Of a stretch of DNA of 64,000 bases, positions 57,661 through 64,000 are shown piece after piece. The position numbers and the translations under genes are program-made. The stretch's first letter is position 1. Every line of letters starts with the position of its first letter. The stretch comes from a virus (Duplodnaviria; Heunggongvirae; Uroviricota; Caudoviricetes). The stretch spans positions 64,001-128,000 of the IMG/VR virus record IMGVR_UViG_3300038379_000173. One strand, 5' to 3'. The notes beneath the pieces were generated by a model that ran no database searches, was not told where the DNA came from, and saw nothing but the letters and a program-made list of their open reading frames with translations.

Positions 57661-58035
57661 CTATCCTTCCTGTTCATTTAGAGGCCAGCCATCATCTTTA
57701 AGTGGCTTAACTTGCATTTTGATATGATAATTCACCGACTCAACATTATAACGTTCGTCCAATTCACTTTCAATGAACCTTACTTGGTCATTACCTAAGT
57801 TGAGAATGCGGGAACGAAGGCGGCTAAAAGTCTCCTTCGACAAAGTGCCCGCCTCACACTCATCTTCCATGTCTTGTAATATACCTATGAAAATTCGTTT
57901 CATCTTATGGCGCACACTTGCCTTCAATTTCTTCTTACTCCCCACGCTCCACGAATCAGTCTTAAGAGTAATATGGTCAGAGAGCTTATCTCGACGCTTA
58001 CGCACATATACTTTAGATTTGTCAATCCCATCCAT
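57661..58035 (-). CDS. Hypothetical helical protein
   Basis: Coupled ORF; SRLRSRILNLGNDQVR motif. Confidence 0.6.
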   Translation of the reverse strand: MDGIDKSKVYVRKRRDKLSDHITLKTDSWSVGSKKKLKASVRHKMKRIFIGILQDMEDECEAGTLSKETFSRLRSRILNLGNDQVRFIESELDERYNVESVNYHIKMQVKPLKDDGWPLNEQEG

Positions 58036-58037
58036 TC

Positions 58038-59168
58038 CTACAAAGTTCCTCCTGGTAGTCTCTTCTTGTCTCTACCCCTACCTTGCCCACTAAAATTATT
58101 TCGTTGAATGATAGCATCACTAGACCCGATAAGTTTACGTGCTATTTTATTTTTACGGTCGCGTAATTCAGTCTCACGAATAGAACCCGCCTTGTGTATT
58201 TTTTCACGCTCAGTGGCCTTGAATTTCTTTACAACTGAATCATTTAGGTTTTCAATGTCTTGGATTGGCGGGGCGGCTGGATTTATTGCAGGATTGGCCA
58301 CAATAAAAATCTCGCCATGTCGGCCAACTCGTTGTGATACACCGAGTGCGTTATTTTTACTACCCTTCGCAACCTGCTCGACCTTTCTCTTTCTGTCCTG
58401 ATTTTCGAACCATTCATCTAGCCGCGCATCGTCATTAATAATTGAGTCATCCGGCCGCTCCATCGACTCATAGACATTATCATATACCTGAGACCAATAG
58501 AGGAGAGCTTGTTGTTCTGGGGATAGCTCAATGATTGGCCGGCCGAAAAGTTCACCAATGTTTTTGGCCGCATTCCATTGGAAACGCCAATGTGGTGAGC
58601 GAGCAATGGTGCGCAATTCTTTAGTGGAAACATTAACTACATTGTGCAGGGCCGCGGCTACATTTGAAATGAAAGTTCCATCTATTTCAGATTCAAAAGC
58701 TGCCCATGTGGGCCACCACTTAGTACCATTTTCCCTATAGGTACTACCATAAACCACGGCATTACTACGCGCAACCTCTGCGTGTTTTTCGGCCGATGCC
58801 TGAAAAAGTTCATACTTACGCCTCAGAAGGGCGTCCAATTCCTTTTCAATTGTACCTATAATGAAGGCGGCAATACGACTTTGTGAGGTTTTTTGCTCGG
58901 CTAATTGAACACGAAGCGCCTCAATGCGTTTATCATCCTGCTCAGTCCAAAGATTCTTAGCGCGATAAATAACGGATAATTCTATGAATGTAAAGATACC
59001 ATCTTCTTTAGCTTTTCGTAAAGCCTCTTCATACACGAAGGAGATTAACTGGCGGTCTTGGAGGGATGGAGCGCGTAGTACAACAATATGGGCGGCCCCT
59101 AGCGCATCTTCAATACGCGCAAAGGTTCCGCCCAATGTGATGGTGTTGATAGTATTTTCAATGTCCAT
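58038..59168 (-). CDS. Tail assembly chaperone-like protein (long paralog)
   Basis: Follows the major tail gene; N-terminal region similar to 56961..57659, plus a LLYWSQVYDNVYES..P.D..I.DD..LD.WF extension. Confidence 0.55.
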   Translation of the reverse strand: MDIENTINTITLGGTFARIEDALGAAHIVVLRAPSLQDRQLISFVYEEALRKAKEDGIFTFIELSVIYRAKNLWTEQDDKRIEALRVQLAEQKTSQSRIAAFIIGTIEKELDALLRRKYELFQASAEKHAEVARSNAVVYGSTYRENGTKWWPTWAAFESEIDGTFISNVAAALHNVVNVSTKELRTIARSPHWRFQWNAAKNIGELFGRPIIELSPEQQALLYWSQVYDNVYESMERPDDSIINDDARLDEWFENQDRKRKVEQVAKGSKNNALGVSQRVGRHGEIFIVANPAINPAAPPIQDIENLNDSVVKKFKATEREKIHKAGSIRETELRDRKNKIARKLIGSSDAIIQRNNFSGQGRGRDKKRLPGGTL

Positions 59169-59216
59169 GGAAAACCCACAAAAGAGAACCCAGTCGCTAT
59201 AAAGACGATGCGACTA

Positions 59217-60380
59217 CTATGTATACGTTGCGTGAGTTATAGTCAAATCGTTGAAGTTTGTATAATTGTACGTAACTGTCATATTATCGCCACCAGCCTC
59301 ACCTCCACCAAGGTCGATAGACTGCAAGCGATTCTTCACGCCAAGGTCAATACGGAGACCATCGCAAATATCCAAGATAATAGCTTGGTTACTTGTATTC
59401 TGAACGCGTGAACATTGGTCAGGTTCTCGACTGATTGCGTCAATGAGGTCGCCTTGAGAGGTAATAACTTCAATGGCGCAAGTTACTTCCACTGGGAATG
59501 TGACGAATTTGAAGAATGGACGCTTACGACCAAGTTCAAAGATATCCTCGCGGCCAAGGTCAGTCGAGACCGTGATTGTTTGAATGTGCTCAACGATATT
59601 CTCAAGGGTGCCAGAGCTACTCACCCCAGGAATTTCAGTTGGTAGAATAGATTGGTCAAGACGGAAAGATTCGCGCCGTTGGACGCCACTGCCAATTACA
59701 GTTGCATCCTCACCGCCCGAAGTGGTAAACGCACCAATACCACCAGGAGATGGTAGGTATAAACCGCTCGGGAAACCAATTTGAGTTTGAGTACTACCAT
59801 TATCGCCAACACCAGATACACGGGCAAGTGTTGTAGGATATGGGTCTCCAGCTAATTCAAAGTCACTCCAAATCTTGTCGTTCCCAACAAGTGTGACGGA
59901 TTCGGTAAAGTTACCGTCCACTGGCATTGTAACTGTGTAGGAACTAAGAAACATACCTGAACCTAGGCACATTGAAACAGGTAAGCCGGTCGCGCGAGTT
60001 TGCGTGTCAGAATAGATTGGTACAGCAACGTCAACTTTATAGTTAGCAGTACGAGTTAGAAGGGCAGCTGCAGAACCACGCGGCCCAGTACACATAAACC
60101 ACAGGGGTTTAGTGCCGTCCAAAACGCGCTCAATTGTGAATTCTACTTCGGGTTCAAGCTCGACGAACTCATAAACTTCGATTTGGCCCAGTTGGAACAC
60201 TTGTTCGAAGTTAAATGTTGTGGTCATCCCAACTGATTGGGCACCTCTAACTACTTCCCAGCGGCCAGACGGGGCAACATCTACACCCGCTATGATTGGG
60301 ACAACTTCGTTGGTGGGAGTGGTGCCGTTTTCTTTGATAGCAACAGAGTGAGTCGCGTATATCGTGCGGTTATTAGGCAT
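59217..60380 (-). CDS. Major tail (tube) protein
   Basis: GAQSVGMTTTFNFEQVFQLGQIEVYE, duplicated IQTITVSTDLGREDIFELG; synteny; strong RBS. Confidence 0.75.
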   Translation of the reverse strand: MPNNRTIYATHSVAIKENGTTPTNEVVPIIAGVDVAPSGRWEVVRGAQSVGMTTTFNFEQVFQLGQIEVYEFVELEPEVEFTIERVLDGTKPLWFMCTGPRGSAAALLTRTANYKVDVAVPIYSDTQTRATGLPVSMCLGSGMFLSSYTVTMPVDGNFTESVTLVGNDKIWSDFELAGDPYPTTLARVSGVGDNGSTQTQIGFPSGLYLPSPGGIGAFTTSGGEDATVIGSGVQRRESFRLDQSILPTEIPGVSSSGTLENIVEHIQTITVSTDLGREDIFELGRKRPFFKFVTFPVEVTCAIEVITSQGDLIDAISREPDQCSRVQNTSNQAIILDICDGLRIDLGVKNRLQSIDLGGGEAGGDNMTVTYNYTNFNDLTITHATYT

Positions 60381-60483
60381 TTGACTTAACTCCTTGTCCT
60401 ACAAGGGCTCTAACTTATTTTACCACTGCGCGGCCTACAAACAAGTTTCCCATCAGACCTATTGGATAATACACCGATAGTGG

Positions 60484-61392
60484 CTAAAAGTTGGGATATA
60501 TCCTCACGCGCATGTGCGCCTGGCTTCTCTGTATATTAAACAATCCCGCTACCTTTTTAATCTCGACTTCTTCGAGGTAAATGCGCCGCCAGAAATAACC
60601 ACTATATAGAGATGCTAATGTAGAATAACCCGTGAAAGTTAAGTCTCTCTCGCCAAAAGCCCCCAGGGGGAATGGCGCTGTAGAGAAATTAATCCCCAGG
60701 ATGGTTTCATGGTGAAAATTAGCCAGAAAGTCTTCCAGTCGGTCTTGATAAAGTGGGTTTCTATTGTAGAGATGACAAACAACAAAATAATCTTTCACTG
60801 AATTGCGCGTGCCCAACTCATATGGAGAGTTTTTACGGTCACGCACATCAATGAAAATGGCAGGTAGTGTACGGTTCGCTGCACTTGGATAAGTGGCGAC
60901 TCCAGTTTGTGCTGGATTGTCCTTATAGAACGATTCTAATAGTACAGGTTGGTTTTCGTTGTCCAATTCATCGGCCATGCGCACAGAAACTAATTGGTAT
61001 GAGAAAGCTCCTTGAACGACTGGGCTGCCTGCTATCACATTGTCGAAAATAACCCTGCCATTCTCAAAGTCTAATTGGTGTGCATATATACCGGTGGCGG
61101 CCTCACTATAAAAAGTCCCATCGACAACTACTCCGCTTGCCACAAAAGGCGCTGCAACACCAGAGAAGGCCGCAGGAATACCACTAGCATACACCCAATT
61201 TTTAAATGCACTTTGCCACACTCGCCCATCAATAAAGTCTGGGTCATCGGTTATAGGGATAAAGCGACTTATGTCGTGACCGTAAAAATTGGTCTCTCCG
61301 ACCGTAACGTTGTCATACCATCCAGCCCTAACCAGTTTATCCTCCATCCAATAATGCAAATTGGATTTAATGAGGGGCTTTTCGGAAAGCAT
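60484..61392 (-). CDS. Tail terminator/completion-like protein
   Basis: Position between neck genes and the major tail gene; TLPAIFID motif. Confidence 0.55.
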   Translation of the reverse strand: MLSEKPLIKSNLHYWMEDKLVRAGWYDNVTVGETNFYGHDISRFIPITDDPDFIDGRVWQSAFKNWVYASGIPAAFSGVAAPFVASGVVVDGTFYSEAATGIYAHQLDFENGRVIFDNVIAGSPVVQGAFSYQLVSVRMADELDNENQPVLLESFYKDNPAQTGVATYPSAANRTLPAIFIDVRDRKNSPYELGTRNSVKDYFVVCHLYNRNPLYQDRLEDFLANFHHETILGINFSTAPFPLGAFGERDLTFTGYSTLASLYSGYFWRRIYLEEVEIKKVAGLFNIQRSQAHMRVRIYPNF

Positions 61393-62036
61393 TAGCGCAC
61401 AATCTCCCCGATATCTTTGGCCACACCAATTTTCAGGCTCAACTCTATCGTGCTACTTAATACTCCAAAAGCAAAGGGGCGTCGTGGCTCTTGACTCCAC
61501 ACTCCACCTTTAACCATAACGCCGCCACCAGTGCGCGATGTTGGGATGAATGGTTTATCAAAAAACCTATATTGGAGGGTAGGCGAACCGTTAATAAGCC
61601 AATCCATCCATGGTATATTTGAAATTTTGTCCGAGTCTGGTGTCGGTATATTGGATTCTGGCGCAGCTAACGCTGCAGCCTCGTCTATGTTAACCTTGAT
61701 GGTATAGAGAGAACGAAAACCGCCCGACTTGATTATTTCTACAGTAGTAGCCTTGTGTTGACTATCAGTACGTAAAACCCTATAAGCACCATTAATCCTA
61801 TCGAAATCAACACTGCCACCCTCACCAATGCCCAACTCAATAGCCTCTTGGTAAGTCGGTGTAAATGAATCTTTTGACGCTTCGACTCCTTTGTTAACTG
61901 CCTCCTCGGCCGCTTCTTTTATTTTAGCAATAGCCGCCGGCTCAGTGAAGAGTTCCTTGGCGCGACGCAAAATAGAGCGCGCTAACCCACTCGTTTCTAT
62001 TTTTGAAGCCTTGAGCGACAATGTAACTTTAGCCAT
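61392..62036 (-). CDS. Neck/tail component protein
   Basis: Synteny; IPWMDWLI...SRTGGGVM motif. Confidence 0.5.
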   Translation of the reverse strand: MAKVTLSLKASKIETSGLARSILRRAKELFTEPAAIAKIKEAAEEAVNKGVEASKDSFTPTYQEAIELGIGEGGSVDFDRINGAYRVLRTDSQHKATTVEIIKSGGFRSLYTIKVNIDEAAALAAPESNIPTPDSDKISNIPWMDWLINGSPTLQYRFFDKPFIPTSRTGGGVMVKGGVWSQEPRRPFAFGVLSSTIELSLKIGVAKDIGEIVR

Positions 62037-62553
62037 CTGTCAGGTTAACTCTCTCCCACCAGGCTATTACGTAGTATAATTGGTCACCCAATCCTGTTTT
62101 GCGCGGCTCCCTATAAAGTTTAACTTTTGAGCTATCAATAGTGGCGCCTAGACTCTCTTGTATGTGAGAGAAGGACTCTATGACGGTTTTTGTGCGAACA
62201 AAGTTTCCATAAATGCGACCGGCTGGCGTATCTTTGCCGCCTGTCTCGTTTTGGTCAAGCGGTTCGTTTGTCCAACGTCTATTACATGCATAAGTGGTTT
62301 GCCGTTGTTCATATAAAAAACCAGCGCCCTTGCACTCTTGACATAACTCGCCTGTGGAGCCCATATAAACTTTGTAAGTCCCATTGTATCTACAACCACC
62401 TGGACATACAGAACGAGTAGGCGGCAAATCCAATGTGATAGAGCCGCCGCCACTAAGTAAACTGTCCATTGCGCGCTTAAAGGCTGGCTGTACGGCAGCA
62501 AATAAACCAGGAAGAGAGGGATTTAAGTTCTGATTGTTAGGTACTATAGCCAT
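62029..62553 (-). CDS. Head-closure-like protein with Cys-rich (Zn) insertion
   Basis: CPGGC...CQECKGAG; synteny; start refined to ATG 62553. Confidence 0.5.
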   Translation of the reverse strand: MAIVPNNQNLNPSLPGLFAAVQPAFKRAMDSLLSGGGSITLDLPPTRSVCPGGCRYNGTYKVYMGSTGELCQECKGAGFLYEQRQTTYACNRRWTNEPLDQNETGGKDTPAGRIYGNFVRTKTVIESFSHIQESLGATIDSSKVKLYREPRKTGLGDQLYYVIAWWERVNLTDG

Positions 62554-62554
62554 A

Positions 62555-62992
62555 TTACCATACCAATATACCGTCGTCACCAGCCCGGTTCATTTTTTCA
62601 ATTAGTATAGCTTCTTTCAACTCGGCGCATGGACCATGTGGAGAATCTAAGAAAGAAGCGCGGGCGCCAACGCGTTGACGTGTATCTATTGTTTGCTCGC
62701 CATCAACAAAATATATACCGCCGCCGCCAGTTGAAGAAAGGTCCGCCTGTGCATCACGAGTGACTATCATACATTCAGCTTGCAATAACACTAGGTCTTG
62801 AAGGTCTGGATTGGCAGGAGTTATTTCTCCGCTAGCATCTACTGAAATTTCTTCGTCTGTTCCGATTAGATAAATCGCACGATTAATTCGCCGCGCGGCC
62901 TTACCTAATATAGTAATGAGTTGGGAGTCTGAATATCGGAGAGTACCACTATCATCTGCGATATCAACGCGTAAATCATTTAAAAGGGTCAT
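62555..62992 (-). CDS. Head-tail adaptor/connector-like protein
   Basis: LRVDIADD...YSDSQL..IL..AA..IN pattern; GGAGG RBS. Confidence 0.6.
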   Translation of the reverse strand: MTLLNDLRVDIADDSGTLRYSDSQLITILGKAARRINRAIYLIGTDEEISVDASGEITPANPDLQDLVLLQAECMIVTRDAQADLSSTGGGGIYFVDGEQTIDTRQRVGARASFLDSPHGPCAELKEAILIEKMNRAGDDGILVW

Positions 62993-63066
62993 GGGCAGCC
63001 TCCGGGACTCTCAATATTAAATACCCCGTGGCTCGAAGACTCGCCATGTTTGCTTGAAGCAAACCC

Positions 63067-63426
63067 TTATAGAACCATTTTAAGTCTATCCTTCAACTGC
63101 ATCATTTTGTGGCGGACCCGCTCAGGCGGCCAGTCATCTTCAAAGTGATATGGCACACCTAAAGCGTCGGCTAACTGGAGTGCTAATGCATCTGAAAGTT
63201 TAGAACATTCGGAAGCTTTGAAAGTAACGTCTGGGATGTTTAAATTGAGTAGTTTGGCGGCCAATTTCTTTGTGACGTAAACTTCCTCTAGGATATCCTT
63301 GTGCTCCAACCATTCCTTATATGTTAAACGTACTGGGCCCAATCTGCCGTAGTTGTAGCAACGACCATGAACCTCTTTATTTCCAATTGTGCGGCGGCCC
63401 ATCGGTTCTTTGAGATAAACAAACAC
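63067..63426 (-). CDS. Hypothetical protein
   Basis: Open ORF with plausible RBS. Confidence 0.55.
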   Translation of the reverse strand: MFVYLKEPMGRRTIGNKEVHGRCYNYGRLGPVRLTYKEWLEHKDILEEVYVTKKLAAKLLNLNIPDVTFKASECSKLSDALALQLADALGVPYHFEDDWPPERVRHKMMQLKDRLKMVL

Positions 63427-63428
63427 GC

Positions 63429-64000
63429 CTAGACCTCCTGCGGTATAAGTCCAAGGTCTGTTAATTGTTTTTTGTATTTCCTTGGGTGTAATATAACGTA
63501 AGGTAGATTATTAGCCTTATAGTAAAGAATTTTCTCATTCCCTGCGTCATAATTAAGTTCTTCGCGATGTTCACACCTTTGAACACCAAGTCCATCGACC
63601 TCTATATATATTTCACCAACTTTAAAATCTGCGCGCCACTTTCTATCTGGTGTAACTCTTACCTCATTCTCATACTTAATGTTATGTTCTAGTAGAAAAT
63701 TCGCAACTTTAGCTTCCAGTTTACTGCGATATTTAAAACCATCTAATCCAACAGTTGGTACTCCATATAGTTTACAATTGTCCAGCATATCTATCCTCCA
63801 AGAGCGATTATTTTTCAATGCGACACTCTCTCTTGGTATTCCTAATTCTTTCGCAACAGCATCGTAATCTCGTAATTTTTCAAGTAACGCCTTACCTTTA
63901 CATGACAACTCCGGCGTCCACCTGTGAATTGGAATACGCCATTCGCTTAAGTTTTTGTTTTCAATAGTAAATCGTTTTAATCCAAAAAGTTTCCCGGTTT
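63429..64000 (-). CDS. PD-(D/E)XK (DUF559-like) endonuclease, probably homing-type; 5' end off the window
   Basis: YRSKLEAKVANFL...KWRADFKV...IEVDG. The frame stays open from 63908 to 64000 (TGKLFGLKRFTIEN...), so the gene starts outside the window. Confidence 0.65.
   Translation of the reverse strand, partial: TGKLFGLKRFTIENKNLSEWRIPIHRWTPELSCKGKALLEKLRDYDAVAKELGIPRESVALKNNRSWRIDMLDNCKLYGVPTVGLDGFKYRSKLEAKVANFLLEHNIKYENEVRVTPDRKWRADFKVGEIYIEVDGLGVQRCEHREELNYDAGNEKILYYKANNLPYVILHPRKYKKQLTDLGLIPQEV

Noticed and set aside
59217-62992. Contractile tail sheath gene
   Set aside because: No sheath-sized ORF or sheath motif between the neck genes and the tail tube gene in this window.
63048-63064. 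GTTTGCT-TGA-AGCAAAC hairpin as a terminator
   Set aside because: 7-bp stem with no U-tract on the transcribed strand.
2414-63967. Numerous plus-strand ORFs in the track (e.g. 53860..54477, 24444..25022, 17014..17565)
   Set aside because: They lie antisense to well-supported minus-strand genes and show no motifs or RBS; treated as shadow ORFs.
1-64000. Genome-wide TAG reassignment (code 15-like)
   Set aside because: Many genes end in TAG exactly where their families end (dut at 22564, thyX at 26558, MazG at 27600), and long ORFs are open in the standard code. Only one internal TAG was found.

Overview
The window is a 64 kb segment of a large, probably long-tailed (siphovirus-like) dsDNA bacteriophage genome. 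Essentially all real genes lie on the minus strand, tightly packed and often translationally coupled; I treat the plus-strand ORFs as shadows. In transcription order (right to left): (i) head-tail joining genes, major tail protein, two paralogous tail-chaperone-like proteins, a 2220-aa tape measure protein and large tail-tip proteins (64000-40462); (ii) a sigma70-type promoter, then a small island of virion-like genes (40286-35909); (iii) a replication/nucleotide module (35860-18385) with RecA, DnaB helicase, DnaG primase, HAD deoxynucleotidase, dATP/dGTP diphosphohydrolase-like, MazG-like, ThyX, Cas4-like nuclease, a DnaE split into two separate genes (C-half carries an HNH intein), an intact plus a degenerate dUTPase, and SSB; (iv) an island of at least 18 kb with about 10 glycosyltransferases, a nucleotide-sugar pathway, a SAM methyltransferase and a membrane trypsin-like protease. 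A complete glyoxylate shunt (aceB-aceA) is embedded in that island. The most striking observations are the phage-borne glyoxylate shunt, an apparent complete absence of GATC, an HNH-DNA-methyltransferase fusion broken at a T8 tract, a lone in-frame TAG in a GT2 gene, and the intein-free DnaE split. All product calls come from motif recognition by eye; no database searches were run.
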